64,000 bases of DNA from an uncultured Gemmatimonadales bacterium (GTDB lineage: Bacteria > Gemmatimonadota > Gemmatimonadetes > Longimicrobiales > Gaopeijiaceae): positions 224,001 to 288,000 of the forward strand of contig CAWGKG010000020.1 in assembly GCA_963823035.1 (NCBI GenBank), in the 5' to 3' direction. Every line of letters begins with the position of its first letter. Position 1 is the first letter of the stretch. Both the position numbers and the translations under genes were made by a program. The notes beneath the pieces were generated by a model. It worked only from the letters and a program-made list of their open reading frames with translations, searched no databases and was not told the DNA's origin. This document shows, in pieces, positions 30,955 through 42,099 of this stretch.

Positions 30955-31239
30955 ATGAACAAGTCTGATCTCGTGGACGCCCTCGCCGACGCCACTGGCA
31001 TGACCAAGGCCGATGCCGGTCGGGCCGTGGATGCGCTCTTCAGCCCGGATGGCGGCATCATCGCCAAGACGCTGAAGCGGGGCGGCCGCGTACAGATCAC
31101 GGGCTTCGGCACCTTCGAGGCCAAGAACAGGAAGGCCCGGACCGGCCGGAACCCCCGCACGGGTGAGACCATCCGGATCGCTGCGACGAAGACCCCGGCG
31201 TTCCGCGCGGGCAAGGGCCTCAAGGACGGCATCAAGTAG
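30955..31239 (+). CDS. hup: HU DNA-binding protein
   Basis: MNKSDLV, ITGFGTF, GRNPRTGE, PAFRAGKGLK; AGGAG SD. Confidence 0.96.
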   Translation: MNKSDLVDALADATGMTKADAGRAVDALFSPDGGIIAKTLKRGGRVQITGFGTFEAKNRKARTGRNPRTGETIRIAATKTPAFRAGKGLKDGIK

Positions 31240-31277
31240 AAGGACTCCCGCCGGGGCAGATGGGCGCCCCATGGAGA

Positions 31278-31321
31278 GAACGAAGGGGCCGCGTCGCTCG
31301 CGCGACGCGGCCCCTTTGTTC
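31278..31321. terminator. Long hairpin between convergent hup and helicase-like gene
   Basis: gaacgaaggggccgcgtcgc-tcgc-gcgacgcggcccctttgttc. Confidence 0.7.
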
Positions 31322-31350
31322 GTCCATCGTACGGCTCGCGAGCGTTTCGG

Positions 31351-32916
31351 TCAGCCTCGCCTCGGCCCCCGACTCCTCGGCGGGCCCCCCCGTGGGGTCG
31401 CGGGGCGCGCGCGTCCCCGGTCGAAGTCCGCGCGTACGGCCCTCCCCCGGATGGTCGTGCCGTTGAGGGCACCGATGACCTTGCGCGCCACGCCCTCGTG
31501 GACCTCCACGACGGAGTGCGACTCGCGGATGTCGATCTTCCCGACCTCGTCTCCCGAGATCGCGGCCTCTCCGGTGATCGCTCCCAACAGGTCCTTGGGC
31601 GTGAGCCCATCCCGCTCGCCCACGCTCAGGAACAGCTTCACCCAGGCCTGCGGGGCGGGACGCCCGCCCCGGTCGGCGGCGGCGTCGCGCACCGGGGGCG
31701 TGGTCGGGGCCTTCTTGCGGAGGAGCGCCGCCGTGGCCGCAGCGACCTCGGCGGGGTCGAAGCGCTCGAACAGCGGCTCGAGCAGGAGGAGGTAGGGGGA
31801 CACGTCCTCCTCCTCGATCGCGCGCGCGACGAGCGCGCGAAAACGCTCGCCCTCGTCTTGCGGGCGCGGGGTGGGTGGGGCCGGCTCGAGCTTGTAGCCC
31901 GTGCGGCGCGCGACGTCCCGCAGGTGCGCCATCTCGCGCGGCAGGACGAGCACCCACCCGCTCCCTGTGAGACCGTGGCGGCGGTCCAGCGAGTCCGGCC
32001 CGGCCGGCACGTCGCAGCTCACCACGACCACGCCTTCGATGCCCTCGGCCGCAGCGCGCGCATCCAGCTCGTGGACGCCCAGCCAGACGGGGACGGGGGC
32101 GTCCCCGGGAGCACCGGCCGCGAAGCCGTGGAGCGCCAGGTAGTCCCCCAGGTCGGCGGCCCGGTCCTCGCTCCGAGAGAAGAGAAGGACGTGGCGCGCG
32201 TCCGACGCGAGGATCTCCGACACCGTCTCGAGGATGCCTTCCTCCATCGGGTCGTTGAGGATCCGGTAGCGGAGCCTGCCGCGGTCGGGCGAGGCCGCAC
32301 CCACCGGCCCCTCGACGGGCCGCGAGGGCACGGACATGGCGCGGCGCGCGTGCCGCTCCACGAAGTCCTCGACGGCCGGCGTGACCGGCAGCGAGGTCAC
32401 CACGCGCTGTCCGTCCCGGGGGAGGAAGTCGAGGACCTCCTCGACCGCGCCGAGGCCTCCCAGCCGCTCGATGCGATCCGCCTGGTCGACCACGAGCGCC
32501 TCCACCGAGCCGACGTCCACCTCGCCGCCACGAACGGCCTTGAGGACCGCCTCCGGCGTGGCGAAGAGGACGTGCGCGCGCCCCGGGAGCACCCAGGGAG
32601 ACTCGAGCGCCGCGACCGTGTGGCCGGTGACACCCGCGAGGCGCTGCAGCGCCTCGGCCTGGCGGCGAGCCACGTCCGCCGTGGACGTCAGCACCAGGAC
32701 CCGCGGCTGCGTGGCGTCGAGGTCCACGCGCTCGAGGAGGGCCGTTCCCCAGGCGACGAGCAGCCCGGCGCCGGGTCCGGCGGCCAGCAGGAGGTTGTTC
32801 CCCCGCTTCACGACGGGGATGACCGCCTCCTGCAGCGGCGTCGGGGTCTCGATGCCCTCGGACGCCAGGGCCTCCACCAACTCGGGTGAGAGACCGAGCT
32901 CTTCGAAGGAATCCAC
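31351..32916 (-). CDS. Degenerate DEAD-box helicase-like protein with C-terminal DbpA RNA-binding domain
   Basis: Q-motif FEELGL...PTPLQ kept; Walker A reads AGPGAGLL, motif II DQAD; DbpA domain LFLSVGERDG...GKIDI...GTTIRGR. Confidence 0.85.
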   Translation of the reverse strand: MDSFEELGLSPELVEALASEGIETPTPLQEAVIPVVKRGNNLLLAAGPGAGLLVAWGTALLERVDLDATQPRVLVLTSTADVARRQAEALQRLAGVTGHTVAALESPWVLPGRAHVLFATPEAVLKAVRGGEVDVGSVEALVVDQADRIERLGGLGAVEEVLDFLPRDGQRVVTSLPVTPAVEDFVERHARRAMSVPSRPVEGPVGAASPDRGRLRYRILNDPMEEGILETVSEILASDARHVLLFSRSEDRAADLGDYLALHGFAAGAPGDAPVPVWLGVHELDARAAAEGIEGVVVVSCDVPAGPDSLDRRHGLTGSGWVLVLPREMAHLRDVARRTGYKLEPAPPTPRPQDEGERFRALVARAIEEEDVSPYLLLLEPLFERFDPAEVAAATAALLRKKAPTTPPVRDAAADRGGRPAPQAWVKLFLSVGERDGLTPKDLLGAITGEAAISGDEVGKIDIRESHSVVEVHEGVARKVIGALNGTTIRGRAVRADFDRGRARPATPRGGPPRSRGPRRG

Positions 32917-32923
32917 GTGCGGG

Positions 32924-33226
32924 TCAGCTCGGATCGGCCGAGCCGGGACCGCCGCGGTCCCCCGGCTCGTAGGGAAGGCGGTTGAGGAACTTCTGCACCT
33001 CGTAGTCGAGACGCGACGTCCGCAGCCGGTCGGTCGACGCCACCACGTCGGTGTAGGGACCGTGCCGATGGATGCTGACCGTCACGCTGCCCTCGGCACC
33101 CGAGAAGGTGGCGCCGTGGGCGGAGCCCTTCGTGCGGGACACGCCGACGAGCTTCGGAAGCAGGTCGTCGGCACGTTCGAGGATCTCGCTCGGCGCGAGT
33201 GCGGTCTTGCGCTGGTATCCGGCCAT
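32924..33226 (-). CDS. Hypothetical protein
   Basis: MAGYQRKT...LDYEVQKFLNRLPYEP; tight spacing with both neighbours. Confidence 0.65.
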   Translation of the reverse strand: MAGYQRKTALAPSEILERADDLLPKLVGVSRTKGSAHGATFSGAEGSVTVSIHRHGPYTDVVASTDRLRTSRLDYEVQKFLNRLPYEPGDRGGPGSADPS

Positions 33227-33252
33227 GGGTGATGAACCTCGGGAAAGGGCGT

Positions 33253-33834
33253 TCAACGACGCAGAAAGGTGCGCACCGCGTCGCGGTTGTGGAAGCCCCG
33301 GAGCACCGCCGGGCCATCGACGAGGAGGGGCGGCTCGGCGGCTTCGGCCGGCGCCTCCCGCGCGTGTGCCGCGACCTCCTCGGCGTAGCGGTCCACGTCG
33401 AGCACGACCTTCGTCTCCGTCGCGTCGAGCCCGAGCGCCTGGCCCAGGCGCACCAGCACATCCACCCGACCGATGTCCTCGCCGCGCTCGAAGAAGGCCT
33501 CGAAAACGCCGCGATGCGCCTCCGGACCCACGCCTTTCGACGCTGCGTGCGCGACGAACTCGTGGGCCTTCCGCGTCCAGGGGAGGATGCGCGGCTCCCG
33601 GAGGGCGGGTTCCCCGAGCGTGCCGGCCACGGTGGTGGCGGTCCGCCAGCGTTCCTGCCACCATGTCCCCTCCGGATCGAGAAGGGGCCGGGGAGGCGGG
33701 CGTAGCTCGAAAGGGACGCGCACCGGGGGTACCGAATCCTCCTCCCGGAGGGCCGCGTCGATCTCGCGGTCCATCAGCCAGCTCAACGGATCGACGTAGT
33801 CGAAGTAGAAGCGAGGGGTGGTGGGGGGTTCCAT
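33253..33834 (-). CDS. DsbA/FrnE-like thioredoxin-fold protein lacking CxxC
   Basis: FYFDYVDPLSW, PFELRP, TRKAHE, FEAFFERGEDIG. Confidence 0.75.
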   Translation of the reverse strand: MEPPTTPRFYFDYVDPLSWLMDREIDAALREEDSVPPVRVPFELRPPPRPLLDPEGTWWQERWRTATTVAGTLGEPALREPRILPWTRKAHEFVAHAASKGVGPEAHRGVFEAFFERGEDIGRVDVLVRLGQALGLDATETKVVLDVDRYAEEVAAHAREAPAEAAEPPLLVDGPAVLRGFHNRDAVRTFLRR

Positions 33835-33947
33835 TTCAAGGAACCTCGCGGGCCCGGTCGGGTGCCGCAAACCCGGGAATTGCTCGGTCCGGGCCACCCC
33901 TCGATATTCCGGTCTCCTGCCCGCGGCCCGACACCGAAAGGTCCTTC

Positions 33948-35141
33948 ATGAGGCTAAGCGCCAACACCGAGCGACTGCAGCCGTCCGCCACGATCGCCGT
34001 GAGCACCCTCGCGAAGCGCCTCGCGGAGGAAGGGCGGGACGTCATCAACCTGAGCGCGGGCGAGCCGGACTTCGACACGCCGGTCTTCATCGCGGACGCC
34101 GCCGTCGCGGGGATCCGCGGCGGGAAGACCCGCTACACCCCTCCGCCCGGGATCCCGCAGCTGCGCAAGGCCATCGCCGCGCGGCTGTCCGAGCGGGCGG
34201 GGCGCACGCTCGACTGGACGGGCGTGGTGGTCACCGCCGGCGCGAAGCAGTCGCTCTTCAACGCCACCTTCTGTCTGTTCGGTCCCGGGGACGAGGTGCT
34301 GGTCGCCGCGCCGTTCTGGACGAGCTATCCCGACCTGGTGATGATCGCCCGCGCGGAGCCCGTCGCGGTCTTCGGGGACGAAGACACGGGCTTCAAGCTC
34401 ACGCCGGCCCACCTCGACGCAGCCGCCACGGAGCGGACGCGCGGGTTGATCCTGAACACGCCGTGCAACCCCACGGGCGCCGTGTACTCGCTGGACGAGC
34501 TGCGCGCGCTCGCCGAATGGGCGCGGGACCGCGGCGTCTGGCTCATCTCCGACGAGATCTACGGGAACATCTACCACGAGGACGACCGCGCCACCGCTCC
34601 GGGCCTGCTCGACCTCCCCGAGGAGAGCCTGGGGGACTTCGTCCTCGTGGACGGTGCTTCCAAGAGCTACGCCATGACCGGTTGGCGCTCCGGCTTCTCG
34701 TGGTGCGTGCCGGAGCTGGCGAAGAAGTTCGCGGACCTGCAGAGCCAGATCACGTCGAACGCGGCCACGCCGTCGCAGATGGCGACGCTCGAGGCGTTCA
34801 GCAACGTGGAGGCGGCCACCGCCTCCGTGAAGGAGATGGAGGGCGCCTTCCGGCGGCGTCGGGATCTCGTGGTGCGTCGGATGCGGGAGCTTCTCCCCGA
34901 CGTCTCCTTCGTCGAGCCCCACGGCGCGTTCTACCTCTACTTCCGGGTGGACCACCTCTTCGACGACGCCGTGGCGAGCGCGACGGCGTGGTGCAGTCGC
35001 CTGCTCGAGACGACGGGCGTGGCGCTCGTGCCGGGGGCCGCCTTCGGGGACGACCGGTGGGCCCGGATGAGCTACGCGGCGTCGGATTCCGATCTGGAGA
35101 CCGCGCTGCAGCGGATCGCGGAGTTCGTCCGCGGGAGCTGA
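33948..35141 (+). CDS. PLP-dependent class I aminotransferase (aspartate aminotransferase-like)
   Basis: GEPDFDTP, GAKQSL, PCNPTG, ISDEIY, SKSYAMTGWR. Confidence 0.95.
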   Translation: MRLSANTERLQPSATIAVSTLAKRLAEEGRDVINLSAGEPDFDTPVFIADAAVAGIRGGKTRYTPPPGIPQLRKAIAARLSERAGRTLDWTGVVVTAGAKQSLFNATFCLFGPGDEVLVAAPFWTSYPDLVMIARAEPVAVFGDEDTGFKLTPAHLDAAATERTRGLILNTPCNPTGAVYSLDELRALAEWARDRGVWLISDEIYGNIYHEDDRATAPGLLDLPEESLGDFVLVDGASKSYAMTGWRSGFSWCVPELAKKFADLQSQITSNAATPSQMATLEAFSNVEAATASVKEMEGAFRRRRDLVVRRMRELLPDVSFVEPHGAFYLYFRVDHLFDDAVASATAWCSRLLETTGVALVPGAAFGDDRWARMSYAASDSDLETALQRIAEFVRGS

Positions 35142-35157
35142 GCGACGCCGCTGCGCG

Positions 35158-36081
35158 TCAGGTCGAGAGGTGCGACACGACGCACGCCGCCGCCGAGGCG
35201 GTGCGCCGTGCGTACTGCCGCCCGAACAGGTTGACGTGTACCAGCAGGTAGTAGAGCTGGTACAGGTCCCGCCGGTAGGTGCGGTACGCCTTCGTGATGG
35301 GCTGCACCTCGTCGTACGCCTCGTAGAAGCGTGCGCCGAATCCTCCGAAGAGCTCGGTCATCGCCAGGTCGACCTCCCCGTGTCCGCGGTAGACGGCAGG
35401 ATCGATGAGGACGGGTGCCCCGTCCGCGGCCGCGTAGGCGTTTCCGCCCCACAGGTCGCCGTGCAGGAGGTGGGGCGGTCCGGCGTCCACGTCCTCGAGC
35501 GCTCGGGGGACGAGATCGACGGCGCGCTCGAGGATCTCCACGTCCTGGCGGGCGAACGAGTCCGCGTCGACGGCTCGGCGCAGCTGCGGAAGGATGCGCT
35601 GTTCGCGCCAGAAGGAGGACCAGGAGGCCGCGCTCCGGTTCGACTGCGGGAGGGACCCGATCCAGTTGGGGTGCGACCACCCGAAGGCGCTCGACGGGTC
35701 CGCCGACCGGTGCAGCCGGGCCAGGCCGCGCCCCAGGCGCTCGTCGTGGTCGGGTGCGGGTGGGCCCGCCGGAACGTGCTCCATCAGGAGCCAGGAAGGG
35801 GAGCCCGCGCCTCCGCCCCACGCGAGCGGCTCCGGCACCCGCAGGGTTCCCGCGTCGCGGAGCGCCTGTAGCCCGTTCGCCTCGGCTTCGAAGAGACCGG
35901 GCGGGGCGTGGGCGTTCCACTTCAGGAAGAAGGAGCCGCCGTCCGGGGCGTCGAGCCGCGCCCCGTGGTTGATGCACCCGCCGGTCACGCCGGTCACCCC
36001 GTCCACGCCACCCTCCACCCCCATCCGCCGGAGCGCGTCCTCGACGCCTTCCAGCACGGGCGGGGGGAGCGCGTCGGTCAT
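35158..36081 (-). CDS. Fructosamine-3-kinase family protein
   Basis: GGCIN, FFLK, FEAEANGL, LLHGDLWGGN, IDPAVY, EVDLAMTELFGGF. Confidence 0.93.
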   Translation of the reverse strand: MTDALPPPVLEGVEDALRRMGVEGGVDGVTGVTGGCINHGARLDAPDGGSFFLKWNAHAPPGLFEAEANGLQALRDAGTLRVPEPLAWGGGAGSPSWLLMEHVPAGPPAPDHDERLGRGLARLHRSADPSSAFGWSHPNWIGSLPQSNRSAASWSSFWREQRILPQLRRAVDADSFARQDVEILERAVDLVPRALEDVDAGPPHLLHGDLWGGNAYAAADGAPVLIDPAVYRGHGEVDLAMTELFGGFGARFYEAYDEVQPITKAYRTYRRDLYQLYYLLVHVNLFGRQYARRTASAAACVVSHLST

Positions 36082-36576
36082 GGGTCCGTTCGGAGCTCCT
36101 CGAGCAGCCGTGCGCAGGACCGATGCACCATGCCGTAGACGTTCTCGAAGCCGTCCGGGCCGCCGAAGTACGGGTCGGGTACCTCGTCGCCGCCACCGTC
36201 GGGGTCGAACTCCCGGAGGAGGTGCAGGCGGGCCCGTGCGCCGTTCGTGACCATGCGCTCCAGGTCGCGCAGGTTCTCCCGGTCCATCGCCACGACGACG
36301 TCGAATCGATCGAAGTCGTCAGCGCAGACCTGGCGCGCGCGGCTCGGGAGGTCGACCCCATGGGCGGCGGCCACGGCGACCGAGCGCGGGTCCGGTCGCT
36401 CCCCGACGTGCCAGGAGCCGGTGCCCGCCGAATCGACGACGAAGCGCGTCCCCCAGCCCCTCCTGGCGCACGAGATGCAGGAACACGCCCTCGGCCAGCG
36501 GTGACCGACAGATGTTGCCGAGGCACACGAAGAGGACGGAGAAGGGGTGGTCGGAGCCGGACTCGGACGCGTGCAT
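36078..36576 (-). CDS. Low-molecular-weight protein tyrosine phosphatase (frameshift near 36450)
   Basis: [28 protein letters not shown]. Confidence 0.93.
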
Positions 36577-36702
36577 CGGGCGAGGGCCTGTGCTGGGCGG
36601 AGCGTCTGGCGCCGGGGGACGAGTCGTCCCGGCGGCTCGGACCCAACTTGGCCGTGACCTACAACGTTGGCAAGAAAGCGCCTAGCTTTCGCGACTAAGC
36701 CC

Positions 36703-37977
36703 ATGAACGGAGCCATTGTGGAGATCGCCACCTTTCAGGACCTGAAGCTCTCGGACGATCGCCTCGCCGCGGTCGAGGCCATCGGATGGAGCAAGCCGAC
36801 GCCCATCCAGGCCAAGGCCATCCCCCCCGGGATCGCAGGCGCCGACGTCGTCGGCATCGCGCAGACCGGCACGGGGAAGACCGGGGCGTTCATGATCCCC
36901 GCGCTCGAGCGGCTGAAGGCGGGCGGGGGGCTGCAGGTGCTCGTGCTCTGCCCGACGCGGGAGCTCGCGCAGCAGGTGGCGGAGGACACGGCCGCTCTGG
37001 CGAAGGGCACGAACGTGCGCGTCGAGGCCATCTTCGGCGGTGTGGGCTACGGCCCCCAGATCGATGCGCTGCAACAGGGCTTCGAGGTCATCGTGGCCAC
37101 GCCCGGCCGCTTCATCGACCACATGCAGTCGAAACGCGTGGACCTGTCGAAGGTGGCGTACCTCGTCCTGGACGAGGCGGACCGGATGCTGGACATGGGG
37201 TTCAGGCCCCAGATCGAGCAGGTGCTGCGCCTGATGCCGGCCCAGCGGCAGACCATGCTCTTCAGCGCCACGATGCCGCACGGCGTGCACGATCTCGCGC
37301 TGCGCATCACGCGCGAGGCCATCTGGATCGAGGCGACCAAGTCGGGCACGACCGCGGACGGGATCGAAGAGATCTTCTACTCGGTGAAGCCGGAGAAGAA
37401 GCCGGACCTCCTCGTGGAGCTGCTCAAGGCTCCCGAGTGGGACCAGGTGCTCGTGTTCACGCGCACGAAGGCGGGCGCCGACGTGTTGGAGGCCCGGCTG
37501 GAGCGGGAGGGCATCTCCACCGACGCGATGCACTCCGACCGCCAGATGAAGCACCGCACGCGGGCGCTGGATCGCTTCTCCGCGGGTAAGACGCGCGTGC
37601 TCGTGGCCACGGACATCGCGCAGCGTGGCCTCGACGTCGAGGGCATCAGCCATGTGGTGAACTACGATGTCCCGCTCGACCCCGAGGACTACGTGCACCG
37701 GATCGGCCGGACCGGCCGGGCCGGCGCCACGGGCACGGCCGTGACGTTCGTCACGGCGAAGGACCTGGGCGCGGTCAAGACGCTGGAGCACCGGCTGGGA
37801 CGGACCGTGGAGCGCGTGCACCTCCCCGGGTTCGACTACGTAGGCACACCCCAACCGGAGGGGCGCACGTCCCGCCGGGGGCACAAGTCCCGATCCCCCA
37901 AGGGAATGGGCTCTCGCTCGACGGACGACCTGTCTCCCGAAGAGCTCGACGACCTGCTCAACCTCGGCCGATCCTGA
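36703..37977 (+). CDS. DEAD-box RNA helicase (intact motifs)
   Basis: AQTGTGKT, PTRELA, TPGR, DEAD, SAT, QRGLD, HRIGRTGR. Confidence 0.96.
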   Translation: MNGAIVEIATFQDLKLSDDRLAAVEAIGWSKPTPIQAKAIPPGIAGADVVGIAQTGTGKTGAFMIPALERLKAGGGLQVLVLCPTRELAQQVAEDTAALAKGTNVRVEAIFGGVGYGPQIDALQQGFEVIVATPGRFIDHMQSKRVDLSKVAYLVLDEADRMLDMGFRPQIEQVLRLMPAQRQTMLFSATMPHGVHDLALRITREAIWIEATKSGTTADGIEEIFYSVKPEKKPDLLVELLKAPEWDQVLVFTRTKAGADVLEARLEREGISTDAMHSDRQMKHRTRALDRFSAGKTRVLVATDIAQRGLDVEGISHVVNYDVPLDPEDYVHRIGRTGRAGATGTAVTFVTAKDLGAVKTLEHRLGRTVERVHLPGFDYVGTPQPEGRTSRRGHKSRSPKGMGSRSTDDLSPEELDDLLNLGRS

Positions 37978-38001
37978 CCACCACCCACCCCCGAGAGACC
38001 G

Positions 38002-38412
38002 ATGATCTTCAGGCGCTATGGAACGGCGTTTCACAGCGTGGACCCCAACTTCGAGTCGAAGGCCCTCAACGAGATCGGCTTCCGTCGCGACGGCGAGCGT
38101 CAGCTTTCGGCGGAGGAGTTCGAGGCGTCCTACGCCCATCTCTCCACGCACGAGCTCACCGCCGAGGCGGAGGGCTCCGTCCAGGACCACACCGAGCAGC
38201 TCCTCCTGGATCGGCTCGAGTCGCGTCTCCTCGAGCTGGAGGCCGGGCTCGAGCACGACTGCGTCGTGGTGGTGGAGAACAAGGACGGTCCGGATTACCC
38301 CAAGACCAAGCAGCAGACGCGCAATGTGATCGTGGACGGTGAGAACCGCCTGCACTTCACCTACACGATTGCGCCCAACCTGCGTGTCGGCGTCTACCGG
38401 AAGAAGGCCTAG
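38002..38412 (+). CDS. Hypothetical protein
   Basis: Coding-like 136 aa ORF (MIFRRYGT...DYPKT...ENRLHF) followed by a hairpin. Confidence 0.75.
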   Translation: MIFRRYGTAFHSVDPNFESKALNEIGFRRDGERQLSAEEFEASYAHLSTHELTAEAEGSVQDHTEQLLLDRLESRLLELEAGLEHDCVVVVENKDGPDYPKTKQQTRNVIVDGENRLHFTYTIAPNLRVGVYRKKA

Positions 38413-38421
38413 TGCGCCGGA

Positions 38422-38453
38422 ACCCCGCCCGGAGCCTCCTTTCCGGGCGGGGT
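38422..38453 (+). terminator. 12-bp perfect hairpin just after the stop at 38412
   Basis: accccgcccgga-N8-tccgggcggggt. Confidence 0.6.
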
Positions 38454-38488
38454 CTGCGGCCTGCCCGCAAGGCTGCGGAGGTACCTAT

Positions 38489-38562
38489 GAATGTGGGGCG
38501 ATCCCCTACATTCCCGAGCCAACTTTCCCCGACAGCACCCCATCCCTCCGTTCGGGTATCAT
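38489..38562 (+). promoter_or_regulatory. Palindromic operator plus -10 box upstream of the putative ncRNA
   Basis: gaatgtgggg-cgatc-ccctacattc (38489-38513, 9/10 match); TATCAT at 38557-38562; no clear -35. Confidence 0.45.
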
Positions 38563-38567
38563 GTTGC

Positions 38568-38944
38568 AGCGATTTGAAGGGACTGACGGCCCGACGGGAC
38601 GAGGTCCAGCAACCTCTACCCGCCCTCGCCGGACCTCGGTTCCTGGGCCTGCCGGGAGCTTAGGGCAGGAGCTTCCCGGCGGCCCGAATCTTGATCGGAC
38701 GGAGCTAGTTCGACGCGGGTCGAGACAACCGGAGGGGCGACACGAGAGGCCCCGACGTGAGCGACCGGGTCGAGCGGGACCCCGCCAGCAGCAAGCCCGC
38801 TCCGTCCGATGAATTGGGGAAGTGGATGGTGGAAGGCGCACCAGCCGCCAGCCCCGCAAGCGGTGAGGGGTGTCCTGTTGGCGGGAGGGTCGCAGGCGCC
38901 CCTGCCTGGCCCGGTGAGGCGAGAGTCTCACCGGGCCTTTTTTT
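38568..38944 (+). ncRNA. Putative large structured non-coding RNA or long cis-regulatory leader, family not recognised
   Basis: No credible ORF; helices 38600-07/38631-38, 38645-85, 38694-705/38799-810 (12 bp perfect), 38781-91/38875-85; ends in an intrinsic terminator. Confidence 0.55.
38908..38944 (+). terminator. Intrinsic (Rho-independent) terminator
   Basis: ggcccggtgaggc-gaga-gtctcaccgggcc followed by T7. Confidence 0.9.
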
Positions 38945-39110
38945 GTCTTCGAGTCGGGGCAGGTATGGCCGTGGAAGCGGGTTGCTACCGGGTGCGATTT
39001 CCGTGAAACTTCAGAGTTGGAATCTCTCCCGCTGACGACAGTGGTGGGGGTGGCCCCTCCTGCCCGCGGCCGCCCCGACTTCGGCTTCTTATACATACGG
39101 TCGGGAACCC

Positions 39111-41407
<2,297 letters not shown>

Positions 41408-41452
41408 TGAGGCCCGGGCTCTCCGTGGCGCTCCCCGTGGCCCTCGCGCTAG

Positions 41453-41914
41453 CTAGCCGACCATCTCGAGGCCGCCGCCGTCAGCCTCGCAGCGGCGCAG
41501 CGCCTCGCTCGTCGCCTCGAGCAGGTCCGAGGCCTCCTTCATCTCCGGTTGGAAGGCGGCGAGCCCGATCGACACGGGCCCGGTCGCGACTTCCGCGAGG
41601 GCCGTCTCGACGCGATCGGCCGCGATCCGTCCGCCCGAGAGGTTGGACCCGACGAGGATCACCCCGAAGCGGCCGTCGCCGAGGTAGGCCACCAGGTCCG
41701 ATGTCCGCGTCATGCCCACGATACAGGCCCCGAGCGCGCGTAGCGCGCCCTCGTCGGGTGCGGGGGCAGAGACGAGCATGAGGGTGAGGGGAACGCCACG
41801 GTCGGCCGCGGCGAAGAGGTAGCCGTAAACGAGGTCGAAATGAAGAAGGTTGGCCAGACCCGTGGTCCGGTCCGTAAGGGCCGGATGCCCGATGGCGGGT
41901 TCCCTGCCTGGCAT
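41453..41914 (-). CDS. Stand-alone degenerate GGDEF-domain protein
   Basis: DRTTGLAN, RTSD-LVAYL-GDGRF, VSIGLA. Confidence 0.75.
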   Translation of the reverse strand: MPGREPAIGHPALTDRTTGLANLLHFDLVYGYLFAAADRGVPLTLMLVSAPAPDEGALRALGACIVGMTRTSDLVAYLGDGRFGVILVGSNLSGGRIAADRVETALAEVATGPVSIGLAAFQPEMKEASDLLEATSEALRRCEADGGGLEMVG

Positions 41915-42099
41915 GCCTTGAACTCTCCTTGGCCGGGGCTGCTGCGACACGGCTTCATTCGAAATCTCGGACGTACGCCGCGCACGCGCCATGCTGCCGT
42001 GGGTGTCCGTTGCCCCCCTCCGGGTCGGCTCCTACCGTTGGGCGCCATGAAGCCCACCGAACCCGGCGCACCCAGGATCCCGAGCCAGCCGGCGGTTTC

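Noticed and set aside
38575..38615. Resemblance to a SAM-I riboswitch (gaagggactg...gcccga...gcaacc)
   Set aside because: The downstream GGTGC..AATTCC and P1 elements are absent and there is no sulfur-metabolism gene downstream.
38660..38900. Resemblance to c-di-AMP riboswitch, tmRNA, RNase P or SRP RNA
   Set aside because: Only scattered short words match. No CCCGAACCCGxCAGC in the right order, no T-arm/CCA end, no GAGGAAAGTCC, no SRP GGAAG-CAG loop.
38412..39096. Short ORFs in the large intergenic region (38757..39035, 38506..39096 and others)
   Set aside because: Atypical composition, run through strong hairpins or the terminator, no motifs.
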